64,000 nt of DNA from an archaeon (GTDB lineage: Archaea; Undinarchaeota; Undinarchaeia; Undinarchaeales; JBDRKL01): assembly GCA_043814055.1 (NCBI GenBank), contig JBDRKL010000010.1, positions 32,001 through 96,000 of the forward strand. Reading direction: 5' to 3'. A program made the position numbers and the translations under genes. Positions 9,477-19,681 of the stretch are shown here, in pieces. Positions within the stretch are counted from its first letter, which is position 1. Each line of letters opens with the position of its first letter. The notes under the pieces are model-generated. The model was given only the letters and a program-made list of their open reading frames with translations, was not told the origin of the DNA and made no database searches.

Positions 9477-9507
9477 TATTTATACCAGTATTCTTTAAAA
9501 CAATTCA

Positions 9508-10050
9508 ATGGGCGAAACTAAAAACAATAATCAAACTCTTCACCCGCCGCACAAGCAGATGACTTTTGGCGAGCGCGCGGCTGACAAGCTTACTGTGATT
9601 GCAGGAAGCTGGACATTTATCATAAGTCTCCTAATCCTCCTCGCTATATGGGTAATGATAAATGCATATGCGCTGGGCATTCTGCACTGGGATCCCTATC
9701 CCTTCATACTTCTCAATTTAATCCTATCCTGCCTTGCAGCGTTTCAGGCGCCTGTTATCCTGATGAGCCAGAACAGGCAATCTATTATTGACAGGCGCAG
9801 GTTTGAGTACGACTATGCTGTTAACAGAAAAGCAGAGCACGAGGTTGCGAACATGCAAAAAGATTTGGAAGACATCAAGGACTTAATCTGGACAGTTAAG
9901 CAGGATTACAAGCTCAACGTGAAGACTGACAAGAGTGTTGATCACTTGAAACAGCACATATCGGACATAAAGAAGACTCACACAGAAACCACAAAACACC
10001 TTGAAGGTATTAAGAAAGATTTGAGCCATTTAAAGAAAGGGATGAAATAA
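9508..10050 (+). CDS. DUF1003 family membrane protein
   Basis: TFGERAAD, GSWTF, DPYPFILLNL, AAFQAPVILMSQNRQ. Confidence 0.85.
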   Translation: MGETKNNNQTLHPPHKQMTFGERAADKLTVIAGSWTFIISLLILLAIWVMINAYALGILHWDPYPFILLNLILSCLAAFQAPVILMSQNRQSIIDRRRFEYDYAVNRKAEHEVANMQKDLEDIKDLIWTVKQDYKLNVKTDKSVDHLKQHISDIKKTHTETTKHLEGIKKDLSHLKKGMK

Positions 10051-11097
10051 TTATACTTTGAACTTTCCATTTTCTAGAAGCACAGTGCCATTCTTTCTTT
10101 GCATGCCCTTTTTTATATTTCTATAAACAGTTATTGTTGGCTTGAGCAGTAGTCTGTCACGATGAGTTCCGCCTATGATCCTACCCTGTAGTTCTTTGTT
10201 ATTGCCAACTGCAAAGTGGCAGGTTTCAAATGCTTTTTCAGATTCAAGCATAGTTTCCACAACTTTTGCTTTTGGATTTATTCCAATACCAATCTCGCCT
10301 ATTACTAGGTCGTCGTCGCACTTCACGTCATCCCAATACAGCTTCGGCGCGTCGCTTTCCTTGCGTATTATCCTGCCTTTGCACACAGTGAACTTCATCG
10401 GTTCCTTTGCTTCCCAGCGCGGCAGCATTGCATCAACAACCAGAGTGCCATTGTTATGCTCGCTGAACTCAAACGGCACAAAGAAAACCTCGCCGCCTGG
10501 CAGGTTCCCCATCTTGTTCTTGGCCTTGTAAATCTCGCCAAGATCCTTTGTCACGCTTTTCACGTCAATTGTTGTGAAATAGTCAGTTCCAGCAGGAGTT
10601 GTAATGTGCATACACCTGCTCTTTTTGAGTATTTCGTAAAGCTTGTCTGCGCGGGTCTTCATGTCACGCATTTGCATCGGCGCGAGGTCAAGTGGTTCTG
10701 TGAAAGAACGGTGCAGCAGCATTGGCATTGAGGCAAAGCAGGCCTTGTGCTGCATTGCGGGCTTTACGCTGATGGTGGTTGTGTATGACACGCCTGATTC
10801 TGGTGAAGTTATGAGAAAAATCTTGGTTGGGTATTTTCCCCCTGGCGGCTTAACCAATGCATCGTGCACGTCCTTGTGCGGTATTCTTTTCTCGCCATTT
10901 AGGGGCGGGCTGGTTGGCTTTATGAAAAGGAGAACACGATCAGGATCCTCGGTTAAATCTATAGCAGCATTTGCTATTTCCTGTGCAATTTTTGCAACAA
11001 TCTCATTTTGTTTATCTGCGTAAATAAGAACAATATCTTTTGGATTAACATTCATGCAAAATTCAGTTGCGATTATTGTAGCCCTAGATGATACCAT
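10051..11097 (-). CDS. Thermophilic metalloprotease (M29-like) aminopeptidase
   Basis: TPAGTD, GNLPGGEVF, GEIGIGINP, ESEK..TCHFAVGNN, HxD. Confidence 0.8.
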   Translation of the reverse strand: MVSSRATIIATEFCMNVNPKDIVLIYADKQNEIVAKIAQEIANAAIDLTEDPDRVLLFIKPTSPPLNGEKRIPHKDVHDALVKPPGGKYPTKIFLITSPESGVSYTTTISVKPAMQHKACFASMPMLLHRSFTEPLDLAPMQMRDMKTRADKLYEILKKSRCMHITTPAGTDYFTTIDVKSVTKDLGEIYKAKNKMGNLPGGEVFFVPFEFSEHNNGTLVVDAMLPRWEAKEPMKFTVCKGRIIRKESDAPKLYWDDVKCDDDLVIGEIGIGINPKAKVVETMLESEKAFETCHFAVGNNKELQGRIIGGTHRDRLLLKPTITVYRNIKKGMQRKNGTVLLENGKFKV

Positions 11098-11106
11098 ATA
11101 AGATAA

Positions 11107-11793
11107 CTAGAACTCTTTGTATTTATTCCTTACTTCTTCCATCTTGCCGCAGGTCTTTGAGCCTTCAGGGCACGGTCCATTCAGGCACCCAGGTCCGGCG
11201 TTTTCAAAAATATTAGGCGCAACTTTCTTAATTTCCTTGAGCATCAGGTCAGCCATTTCGTGAATCTCCCACTGAGCTCGGTTGCAGCAGCGCAATTGGA
11301 AAAAGTGCAAAAGTGCGCGCGCGTTCATTGTAATCACAATGTTCGTGTGCGCAGCGTTCGGGTAAACATAGCGGGCGTCCTCTGGAGCAATGCCTGAATC
11401 AATGAGCTCTTTGTATGAGTCCGCTGCTTTCTTGATTGCTGCATCATACTTCTCCTTCTTTGCAGGGTCTTTCTCAATCTCAGGCGGGGTAACATATTCA
11501 AGCTCGTCAAACTTGACATACCTCTGGCTCTGCTGGGTATAGCTTGCGATACGGTGTCGTACTAACTGATGTGAACAAGCGCGTGAAATGCCCTCTATGC
11601 TGAAAGTAAACGAAGCGTGCTCAACAACTGACTCGTGGCCGTATTCAATAACTTTCTTAAGAATTTTAATCGCTTTCTCACCTTCAGTCTTCTCATATAA
11701 ATCAGAGTAACTGCCCTCTTGAGTTGAAACCAGCGCTGCAGTGCCGCAGACCTTTTCAGGATCTTTTGTGTATGCTATGAGTTTTATTTTCAT
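11107..11793 (-). CDS. thyX: Flavin-dependent thymidylate synthase
   Basis: GHESVVEH, ISRACSHQLVRHRIASYTQQSQRY, EDAR, MNAR, AQWEI. Confidence 0.95.
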   Translation of the reverse strand: MKIKLIAYTKDPEKVCGTAALVSTQEGSYSDLYEKTEGEKAIKILKKVIEYGHESVVEHASFTFSIEGISRACSHQLVRHRIASYTQQSQRYVKFDELEYVTPPEIEKDPAKKEKYDAAIKKAADSYKELIDSGIAPEDARYVYPNAAHTNIVITMNARALLHFFQLRCCNRAQWEIHEMADLMLKEIKKVAPNIFENAGPGCLNGPCPEGSKTCGKMEEVRNKYKEF

Positions 11794-11814
11794 TATTTTT
11801 GATATTGGTTAAAG

Positions 11815-11895
11815 TTTGTAAGATGTAGTCCGTAGTTCATAGTATCTAGTTTACCACTTATTACCTACTACCAACAGTCTATTATCCACTATTTA
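11815..11895. repeat. Degenerate heptamer repeats related to the 5527-5626 element
   Basis: GTAGTCC GTAGTTC ATAGTAT CTAGTTT ... TACCTAC TACCAAC. GTAGTTCATAGT (11832-11843) is the exact reverse complement of 5590-5601. Confidence 0.7.
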
Positions 11896-11937
11896 TTTAG
11901 GGAACATAATATAAATAACTAATTATTATCACATCCC

Positions 11938-13083
11938 ATGGACATACTCCTGTCGCTTGCAATGCTGCTTTTCGCTGCCAAGATTGGCGGTTTTATCAGC
12001 AAGAAGATAGGTCAGTCAGCGGTCCTTGGGGAAATTGTTGCTGGCGTCATAATAGGGCCGAGCGCCTTCGGTCTCTTCACATATACTGAGTTCTTCAGCA
12101 CGTTCTCTGAGCTGGGCATAGTTTTTCTCATGTTTTTGGTCGGGCTGGAGCTAAACATCAAATCATTTGAGCACTTTTTGAAAAGGGGCGCCCTAATAGC
12201 CCTGGTCGGGGCTTTCCTGCCATACTTAGTTGGGATTGCAGTAGCATCCCTGCTGTTCCATTGGAGCGCCCTGCAGAGCTTTTTGTTTGGGGTCATACTC
12301 ATGGCTTCCAGTGTCACCATAACAGCAGCAATCCTAAGGGATTTGAAGAAATTGAAAAGCCCGATCGGTCTCACGATACTTGACGCGGCAGTTGTTGATG
12401 ACGTGATTGGCATTACTATGCTGACCTTTTTGCTGGCTGTGACAAAAGCGACCACTTTCTCAATAATAGATTTTGGCGGCATAATGCTAAAAGTTCTCGT
12501 ATTCTTCATCGGCGTCTTCCTCGCAGGCCCGCAGCTCGCAAAGTATGTTATTGCGCTAGGGGAGCATCTTGACCTCAGGGTTGAGGAGGGGCATCTCTCA
12601 GTAATAATAATATTAATCCTAACCCTGGCCATACTTGCCAATGCTATCGGGCTCTCCATAGTGGTGGGGGCTTTCCTCGCAGGCATGATTCTGGACAAGA
12701 GGCGCGTAAAAGCAGCCGGCCACGAAATATACAGCATGGCCTATGGGCTGTTCGTCCCTGTGTTCTTCGTGCTTATCGGGAGCTACGTAGTAGTCGGTAC
12801 CCTGTTGAGTAATCTGCCGCTAATATTCTTGATTGTGGCAATAGCAATAATCACAAAGCTGGTGGGCGCCGGGCTAGGTGCCAGGCTCTCCAAGATGAAC
12901 TGGCGCCAATCCCTGATTATCGGCGTCGGGATGATACCCCGCTGTGAGGTCGCTCTCATCCTGGCACTTATGGGCACGACACTCCACATAATAGACACTG
13001 AGATATACTCCGTACTTGTCACTGCAATTGTCTTGACAGCCATAGTAACTCCAATATTGCTCAAGGCGGTCATGAGGGACTAA
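11938..13083 (+). CDS. Cation:proton antiporter (CPA2, NapA/KefB-like)
   Basis: GEIVAGVIIGP, LMFLVGLE, AAVVDD, GAFLAG, GMIPRxEVA; about 12 TM helices. Confidence 0.9.
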   Translation: MDILLSLAMLLFAAKIGGFISKKIGQSAVLGEIVAGVIIGPSAFGLFTYTEFFSTFSELGIVFLMFLVGLELNIKSFEHFLKRGALIALVGAFLPYLVGIAVASLLFHWSALQSFLFGVILMASSVTITAAILRDLKKLKSPIGLTILDAAVVDDVIGITMLTFLLAVTKATTFSIIDFGGIMLKVLVFFIGVFLAGPQLAKYVIALGEHLDLRVEEGHLSVIIILILTLAILANAIGLSIVVGAFLAGMILDKRRVKAAGHEIYSMAYGLFVPVFFVLIGSYVVVGTLLSNLPLIFLIVAIAIITKLVGAGLGARLSKMNWRQSLIIGVGMIPRCEVALILALMGTTLHIIDTEIYSVLVTAIVLTAIVTPILLKAVMRD

Positions 13084-13751
13084 TGGTAAAATGGCATTCA
13101 CTTTCTGAGGACGACACAATTGAAAAAATGAATTCAAGCAAAAGCGGCTTGGACTCAAAAGAAGCAGCCGAGCGGCTCAAGGTATATGACCCAAACCTTC
13201 TTGAGGTCGGCGACAAAGTTCCTGCAGACGCGCGCATAATTGAGCAGAGCAACCTGCACCTTGACGAGGCAATGCTTACAGGCGAGTCAGTGCCGGTATG
13301 CAAGACTGCAAAGGCAATCAATAAAGAAAATGCAATCCTGGTCGAGCGCAAGAACATAGCCCATATGGGCACTGTGGTCACGAACGGCTGCTGCGAAGCC
13401 GTTGTAATCGGCACGGGAATGAAAACAGAGATGGGCAAGATTGCAAAGCTGATACAGGATGTTGAGGAAATGCAGACGCCTCTCCAAGTTAAGCTTCGCG
13501 ACCTTGGAAAACAGCTTGGCATTATAATACTTGGAATCTGCGCGGTTGTGTTCTTCTCAAACAAGTTCCTGCTGCTTGCAATTGCAGTGTCACCAATAGG
13601 CCAAATATTGATACTTTACGTGCCCATGTTCCAGTTGGCATTCCACACAATGGCAATGGGCTTGTACGACTGGCTGCTCATCATAGCTGTTGCAAGCACT
13701 GGCTTCATCTATCTTGAAGCTTATAAAGCAATTAGTCTTAGGAGGAAGTGA
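13083..13751 (+). pseudogene. Internally deleted P-type (Ca2+-like) ATPase remnant, still in frame
   Basis: Retains the Cation_ATPase_N start (GLxSxEAxERL), the actuator (GDKVPAD, LTGES) and the extreme C-terminus (FSNKFL..YVP). No DKTGT, PEGL or GDGxND; only 222 aa. Confidence 0.8.
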
Positions 13752-14668
13752 GTAACTTGAACTCTCTAACTTTCATCTACTTTGCAATCGGCTTAGTTGC
13801 TCTTATCAAAGGCGCGGACATATTCACTAACAGCGCGTCAAAGATTGCAAGGCACTACGGCCTCTCCGAGCTCGTTATAGGGCTTACCCTGGTTGCATTT
13901 GCAACTTCCCTGCCTGAGCTTGCAGTATCCGCCACTGCATCATTTTTTCATTCCTATGAAATAGCACTTGGCAATGTAATCGGCTCAAACATCGCCAATG
14001 TTGGCCTTGTTATTGGGCTCTCTGCTCTGGCTTTTCCAATTGTCGCGCGGTCTGAGGAAATTTCAGAATGTCTTGTGATGATTGGCGTTCTTATGGTGGC
14101 TTCAATTTTATTCATCTTTGGCCTGGTATTCTGGGAAGGCATTCTGCTTGTGATGTTCCTTTTTGCCTATGTCTGGAGCGCGCTGCGTGAGCACAAGCGC
14201 ATCCTAGGGAAGAAAATCAAGACTAACATGTCAAAAAACATTATTCTCTGCCTAATCGGCGTTGCAGGCGTGGTAGCTGGCAGCCGATTTGTTGTTATAT
14301 CATCTGTTGAAATAGCCAGATGGGCTGGCATATCTGAAATGGTTATCGGGATGACACTTATCGCAATAGGGACGTCCCTGCCTGAGCTGGCAACCTCGTT
14401 TGTCGCCGCGTTCAGGGGTATGCGAGAGCTTGCATTGGGCAACATCATAGGCAGCAACGTGTTCAACATCTCAGCTGTTCTCGGCATTTCAGCGCTCTTA
14501 AACCCAATACCAGTTGCTTCAAGCGTTCTAATGTTTGACGTTCCAATAATGATTGCTTTCTCAGTTCTAATGCTAATTTTTATGTGGACGCGAAAGAAGA
14601 TAGGCCGGATTGAAGGTGGAATCTTGCTCCTGCTTTACCTTGGGTTCTTGTGTATGAATTTCCTCTAA
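13748..14668 (+). CDS. Calcium/sodium antiporter (YrbG-like)
   Basis: Two alpha repeats: ATSLPEL..GNVIGSN and GTSLPEL..GNIIGSN. Confidence 0.92.
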   Translation: MSNLNSLTFIYFAIGLVALIKGADIFTNSASKIARHYGLSELVIGLTLVAFATSLPELAVSATASFFHSYEIALGNVIGSNIANVGLVIGLSALAFPIVARSEEISECLVMIGVLMVASILFIFGLVFWEGILLVMFLFAYVWSALREHKRILGKKIKTNMSKNIILCLIGVAGVVAGSRFVVISSVEIARWAGISEMVIGMTLIAIGTSLPELATSFVAAFRGMRELALGNIIGSNVFNISAVLGISALLNPIPVASSVLMFDVPIMIAFSVLMLIFMWTRKKIGRIEGGILLLLYLGFLCMNFL

Positions 14669-15570
14669 AGCAGCGGCGTAACATACACTTCAATGTATGA
14701 TCCAAATATTATCAGCGCAATCGCAAGCCCAAGCAGAAGCCCAACATCCATTATTACCCGCGTAAAATGTTTTGTCCTATAATGACGCCTTACTATTGAT
14801 GCTGAAAATATTCCTCCTGCAATTGCTCCGACAAAGTAGCCGAGCACTTCAAAGATTCCGTGCACAAAGAAAGAGAAGAAGCTGATTGGGAAGCCAGTGA
14901 AGTATGTCGCGGTTTTCAGGAATATGGAAGCTGTTGCTCCAACCATTCCGCGAATTAGGTTGCCTATGGCAACTCCAACCACCGCAGCGTTCCAAGTGAG
15001 AAGAAGTATTGCGCCTGCGCCGAAGACAAAGGCGAACGCCATAAAGAGGAAGAGTAGCCTCAGGTTGTTGAGCATTATGAGCTTTAGCATCGTGCCCTTG
15101 TTCGCAAACATCGCAGTCACTGCCATTCCGCTGGTCCCTATCAAGCTCCCAACTATTGTGGTCCGCAGGCTCTGTATCCTGAGCACCTCTGTTATCTGGT
15201 CTGAGAATAATACCTGGACTAAGTGGTAGGGTAGCACGGTGAACCAGAAAGAAACCGCGATTATCATTCCAAAGAACATGAACATGTACAGAAATATGAC
15301 ATCTGTGTGCCGCCCAAGTAAAGTTCCCTTGTCCACGAGCATTTCTTTTTCCTCTCTCATTAAAACCCTGTTGAGCAGCTGAACAAGCGCAAGCGAGGTC
15401 AGGAACAGGAACCACGCGTTTATGTGCCCTGGGAATATGTATGTCGGCAGCCACTTTGACATCAGAAATGCTATAAAGAGCGATATGGTTGAAACTACAA
15501 AGCCCCAGAGTACCATATCTATTGGATGTCTTTCTGCTTTTTCCGCCCCGAGTAAGTCTTCAAGTACCAT
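14665..15570 (-). CDS. SpoIIM-like (stage II sporulation protein M) membrane protein
   Basis: IMLNNL, FGAGAILLLTWNA, HGIFEVLGY, YIEVYVTP. Confidence 0.75.
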   Translation of the reverse strand: MVLEDLLGAEKAERHPIDMVLWGFVVSTISLFIAFLMSKWLPTYIFPGHINAWFLFLTSLALVQLLNRVLMREEKEMLVDKGTLLGRHTDVIFLYMFMFFGMIIAVSFWFTVLPYHLVQVLFSDQITEVLRIQSLRTTIVGSLIGTSGMAVTAMFANKGTMLKLIMLNNLRLLFLFMAFAFVFGAGAILLLTWNAAVVGVAIGNLIRGMVGATASIFLKTATYFTGFPISFFSFFVHGIFEVLGYFVGAIAGGIFSASIVRRHYRTKHFTRVIMDVGLLLGLAIALIIFGSYIEVYVTPLL

Positions 15571-16323
15571 TTAAGCTCCTAGTATGTACGCCTTCGCCAG
15601 CGCGCTTATCACGACGAGCACGACAGCAAAGAATATCATTATCATGACATCCAGCAATATGTGCGGAAATGCCTTAGTCTTGTAATGCTTCCGGATTATC
15701 GCGGCGGAGAGCATTCCTCCTGCTATCGCGCCAAGGGAGTAGCCCATTATTTCAGGAATTTCATAAAGCAGGACTCCTCCAATACTAACTCCAGCGTAGG
15801 ACTTTCTGATTATGCTTCCTATGAGCGCTGCGGTTATGGATGCATCCCACGCGAGCAAAAGGATTGCGCCTGCGCCGAACACGAACGCGATAAGTATGAA
15901 TGCAGAAAGTATCTTGAGATTCGTAAGCAATGCCAAGCTTGGGTCAACCGTGGTTGTTAACAAAGCGAGCTGATTGTTGAACAAGATTGCCCGCACAGCG
16001 TCCGGCACGAACAGGAACCACGCGGTGAATGAGGTCAACATTCCAAAGAACAGGAACACGTAATCGCTTATGACGTCAGCGTGCCGCTTAAAAAGTGATT
16101 TTTCCTTTATGTCAAATTCTTCCTGCTCTTCCCTAACCAGCACTCTATGTATGAGCGGCGCGAGCGCGAGCGTTGTGAGAAATATTGACCAGCTGCTGGA
16201 GCCATTTGGAAATATATAATAAGCCAGCCAGGTGCCAAGTGAGGATACGAACAGCCCGAGGATGAACATGTCCCAAGGATGCCTTCTTATCTCATTGCTT
16301 GTGAAGAGTGATTCAAGTACCAT
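15571..16323 (-). CDS. SpoIIM-like membrane protein, paralog of 14665-15570
   Basis: Shares MVLExL..RHPxDM, FVFGAGAILLLxW, GAIAGG and HYxTK with the adjacent gene. Confidence 0.75.
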   Translation of the reverse strand: MVLESLFTSNEIRRHPWDMFILGLFVSSLGTWLAYYIFPNGSSSWSIFLTTLALAPLIHRVLVREEQEEFDIKEKSLFKRHADVISDYVFLFFGMLTSFTAWFLFVPDAVRAILFNNQLALLTTTVDPSLALLTNLKILSAFILIAFVFGAGAILLLAWDASITAALIGSIIRKSYAGVSIGGVLLYEIPEIMGYSLGAIAGGMLSAAIIRKHYKTKAFPHILLDVMIMIFFAVVLVVISALAKAYILGA

Positions 16324-16467
16324 TTAGAGCACCGCAAATTTTATTATCACGTACGCGAGCGCAAGGGTGACAGCCCAGAATACGACTTTCATGCTGGCTT
16401 TGAGCGCTTTGTACATGAAAAGCCCTCCAAAGCCAATTACTGCAAGGAATATCACGAGGTCAATCAT
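16324..16467 (-). CDS. 47-aa two-TM membrane protein (MIDLVIFLAVIGFGGLFMYKALKASMKVVFWAVTLALAYVIIKFAVL)
   Basis: Its stop abuts the ATG of 16323; TATA-like TTATATA about 30 nt upstream; below the ORF-track cutoff. Confidence 0.65.
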   Translation of the reverse strand: MIDLVIFLAVIGFGGLFMYKALKASMKVVFWAVTLALAYVIIKFAVL

Positions 16468-16526
16468 ACAAGCGCTTTTAGGCAAAGAGCCTCATATATA
16501 AGTTTCGCTCCGTGGTATGCAGTGAT

Positions 16527-18488
16527 TTATTTGCCAACTAGCCTGTCGTGCTCAGCAACCAGCTTGTCCACAACACTTGGGTCTGCTAGCGTGCTTGTGT
16601 CCCCAATCTGGTCCTCTTCATTCGTTGCAATCTTGCGCAGGATTCTCCTCATAATCTTGCCACTACGCGTCTTCGGCAGTGACGGTGCGAACTGGATTAC
16701 GTCCGGCTTTGCAATCGGTCCAATCTCTGTCCTGACGTGTCCTTGCAGCTCCTTTGCCAGCTCATCGCTCGGCTCCCTGCCAGTCTTCAGCGTGACATAC
16801 GCGTAAATCGCCTCGCCCTTGATGTCGTGTGGCATTGGCACAACAGCGGCCTCTGCGACAGCGTCGTGCGAAACAAGCGCAGATTCAACTTCTGCAGTTC
16901 CCATCCTATGTCCTGACACATTCATAACATCGTCAACGCGACCCATTAGCCAGTAATAACCGTCGTCATCCTTCCTTGCGCTGTCCCCTGTAAAATATAG
17001 CCCTGGGAACATCTTGAAGTATGTGTCCCTAAAGCGTTGTTTGTCCTTATAGACTGTGCGCATCATACTTGGCCACGGCTTCTTTATCATAAGGTAGCCG
17101 CTCTCATTTGCTGCAACTTCCTCGCCCTTGTCATTTATTACTATTGGCTCAATCCCTGGGAACGGGAATGTTGCTGAACCAGGCTTGAGCGGAGTTGCTC
17201 CAGGCAGCGGTGTTATGAGTATTCCGCCTGTCTCGGTCTGCCACCAGGTGTCCAAGATTGGGCATCGCTCCTTTCCAACGTGCTTGTAATACCAGCGCCA
17301 CGCCTCTGGGTTTATCGGTTCTCCAACCGAGCCAAGTATCCTGAGTGTTTTCATCTCGTGCTTGTCCGGCCAGGTCTCTCCATCTTTCATAAGTGCCCTA
17401 ATTGCTGTCGGCGCAGTGTAGAATACCGTGACACCATATTTCTCAACAATCTTCCAGGCTCTGTCAGGCTCTGGGTAATTTGGTACTGACTCAAACATTA
17501 TGCTTGTTGCGCCTGCACACAGCGGACCGTAAATAATGTAGCTGTGTCCTGTAATCCAGCCAATGTCTGCTGTGCACCAATAAACATCATTGTCCTTGTG
17601 GTCAAAAATCCACTTGAACGTGAGCGTTGTGTAAAGCATGTAGCCGCCGGTTGTGTGCAGAACTCCTTTTGGCTTGCCTGTGCTTCCGCTCGTGTACAGT
17701 ATGAACAATGGGTCTTCTGCGTCCATTTCCTCAGCAACGCACTCTTCGCTCTGCTCTGCAATTGCATCGTGCCACCAGACATCCTTCTCGCTCATCTCAA
17801 CATCAAGCCCGTCTTCTATGCGCTTCGCGACAACAACTTTTTCAATTGAAGGGCAGTTCGCGACAGCTGTGTCAGCGATCTGCTTTGCGTTTATGACCTT
17901 GCCTGCGCGGTAGTATCCGTTCGCTGTGAGCAGGACTTTGCACTTGCTGTCATTTATCCTGTTTGAGAGGGATTCAGCGCTGAACCCGCCGAAAACTATG
18001 TTGTGTATGGCTCCAATGCGGGCGCACGCGAGCATTCCTATAGCGAGCTCAGGAATCATCGGCATGTAAATTGCAACTCGATCGCCTTTCTGCACGCCCA
18101 TTCCCTTGAGCGCGTTGGCGAACTTGCATACCTCCTTGTGAAGCTCCGCGTAAGTGTATTTCTTCTCTGCGCCTGCCTCAGGCTCCCAAATAATCGCTGT
18201 CTTGTCCTTGTTGGAACCCTCTAAGTGCTTGTCCAGGCAGTTGTATGCTGCGTTGAGCTTGCCGCCCTCAAACCATGTGCACTCTGCCGTGTCCGGATTC
18301 CAGGAGTGGACATTGTCCCATTTCTTGAACCAGTGCAGGGTTTCCCCTGCCTTTTCAGCCCAGAACTTCTCAGGATCTGCGATTGACTCATCATAAATCT
18401 TCTGATATTCCTCCATGCTCTTGATGTGCGCGTTTGCGCTCAGCTCAGCCGGGGGGTTGAATATTTTTTCATTTGTTTCTTCTGTCAT
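16527..18488 (-). CDS. acs: Acetyl-CoA synthetase (AMP-forming)
   Basis: YTSGSTGKPKG, WCTADIGWITGHSY, DTWWQTETG, PKTRSGKIMRR. Confidence 0.97.
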   Translation of the reverse strand: MTEETNEKIFNPPAELSANAHIKSMEEYQKIYDESIADPEKFWAEKAGETLHWFKKWDNVHSWNPDTAECTWFEGGKLNAAYNCLDKHLEGSNKDKTAIIWEPEAGAEKKYTYAELHKEVCKFANALKGMGVQKGDRVAIYMPMIPELAIGMLACARIGAIHNIVFGGFSAESLSNRINDSKCKVLLTANGYYRAGKVINAKQIADTAVANCPSIEKVVVAKRIEDGLDVEMSEKDVWWHDAIAEQSEECVAEEMDAEDPLFILYTSGSTGKPKGVLHTTGGYMLYTTLTFKWIFDHKDNDVYWCTADIGWITGHSYIIYGPLCAGATSIMFESVPNYPEPDRAWKIVEKYGVTVFYTAPTAIRALMKDGETWPDKHEMKTLRILGSVGEPINPEAWRWYYKHVGKERCPILDTWWQTETGGILITPLPGATPLKPGSATFPFPGIEPIVINDKGEEVAANESGYLMIKKPWPSMMRTVYKDKQRFRDTYFKMFPGLYFTGDSARKDDDGYYWLMGRVDDVMNVSGHRMGTAEVESALVSHDAVAEAAVVPMPHDIKGEAIYAYVTLKTGREPSDELAKELQGHVRTEIGPIAKPDVIQFAPSLPKTRSGKIMRRILRKIATNEEDQIGDTSTLADPSVVDKLVAEHDRLVGK

Positions 18489-18553
18489 TTAATTATACCT
18501 CTAGATTGTGATTTTTATGTTTTTATTAAGAATAGTATAAATAAGTTGTGCGG

Positions 18554-19117
18554 TTACTTGACCAACTCGCTAATCTTTTTGAACTCATCATTCCCAGCCT
18601 CTTTAATCAGCTGGAACAGAATCATTTCAGTTGAAGCAATAAAACATCCAGATTGTCGCATTCTTTCCAAAGCGATTTGCGTGTTCTCTGCAGTTCTTGA
18701 AGATGTTGCGTCTGCAATCACGTGAACTTCCTTTCCAAGCGCGAGCGCGTCCAGCGCGGTTTTTAAAACGCAAACGTGCGCTTCAACCCCGAACAAAACA
18801 AGCGTTTCAATCTCAGCGGGAATGCTTGTATCAATCTCCTCAAGCTTTTTAGAAAAGGAATCGCAGTCAAAGCAGGAGAAGGAGATTTTTTCAATAACTT
18901 CCTGGTTCTCCGGTAGTTCAAGCACGGTTTTGCCCAGGCCTTTCGGGTACTGCTCGGTCACGATGAGCGGGATGTTCAGAATTTCAGAAGCTTTGATTAA
19001 AATCTCCGCGTTCTTCTTAATCTTTTCAAACTCGTTAATAACTGGCTCAAATTTCTCCTGAAGGTCAATCAGGACAAATGCGGTTTTCTCGCGTTTTAGG
19101 ATTCCAATTTTACTCAT
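18554..19117 (-). CDS. Isochorismatase-family hydrolase
   Basis: LIDLQEK, TEQYPKGLG, KISFSC, GVEAHVCV. Confidence 0.9.
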   Translation of the reverse strand: MSKIGILKREKTAFVLIDLQEKFEPVINEFEKIKKNAEILIKASEILNIPLIVTEQYPKGLGKTVLELPENQEVIEKISFSCFDCDSFSKKLEEIDTSIPAEIETLVLFGVEAHVCVLKTALDALALGKEVHVIADATSSRTAENTQIALERMRQSGCFIASTEMILFQLIKEAGNDEFKKISELVK

Positions 19118-19156
19118 ACAACTAATCTAATCTTCAATCCTTAAATAATTCTCGCT

Positions 19157-19606
19157 TTACGCAGCCGGCACTATTCTTTCAATCCACTTCTTGTCCGCGT
19201 AGAACCGAACATCCAGCTCAACCCCTGAGTCAAGGTCTGCCTCGTCAATCTCTTCCGGGACAATGAGCTCGTAGGTTTCAAATGTCTCAAGGTTCATCAG
19301 CTGAACTCTTGCCAGCTCGTTCGGCACGTTCGGGTCGTTGTGCTTCACGCTTGGAATGACTGAAAGAACCTGCGCCCGCTCTTTTTCAATAACCGGCTTT
19401 TCCATTTCCTTGTGGCCTGAGTAGGTCACTTCGCCGCCGCTACCTGTGAGTAGGTTGTTATACATTATGCGCACTTTGGCGTGGCCGTGCTTGCCTGGGG
19501 CTGATGTGCTTAGGTTCTTCACCTTGAAGATTTCATCGCCCTGTCCCTCTAGTAGTATTAAATCGCCTGGTTTCAATCTTGTTGCTGGTACTCCGCTTGT
19601 TGTCAT
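19157..19606 (-). CDS. eif5a: Translation factor aIF-5A
   Basis: Hypusine loop STSAPGKHGHAK; QLMNLETFET. Confidence 0.9.
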   Translation of the reverse strand: MTTSGVPATRLKPGDLILLEGQGDEIFKVKNLSTSAPGKHGHAKVRIMYNNLLTGSGGEVTYSGHKEMEKPVIEKERAQVLSVIPSVKHNDPNVPNELARVQLMNLETFETYELIVPEEIDEADLDSGVELDVRFYADKKWIERIVPAA

Positions 19607-19681
19607 AGTGGACTTTGATTTATCTCAGTGGTATAAAAAGGTTTAGGCGGATTTAAATATGCACTCAACTTAGTTCTGCTT

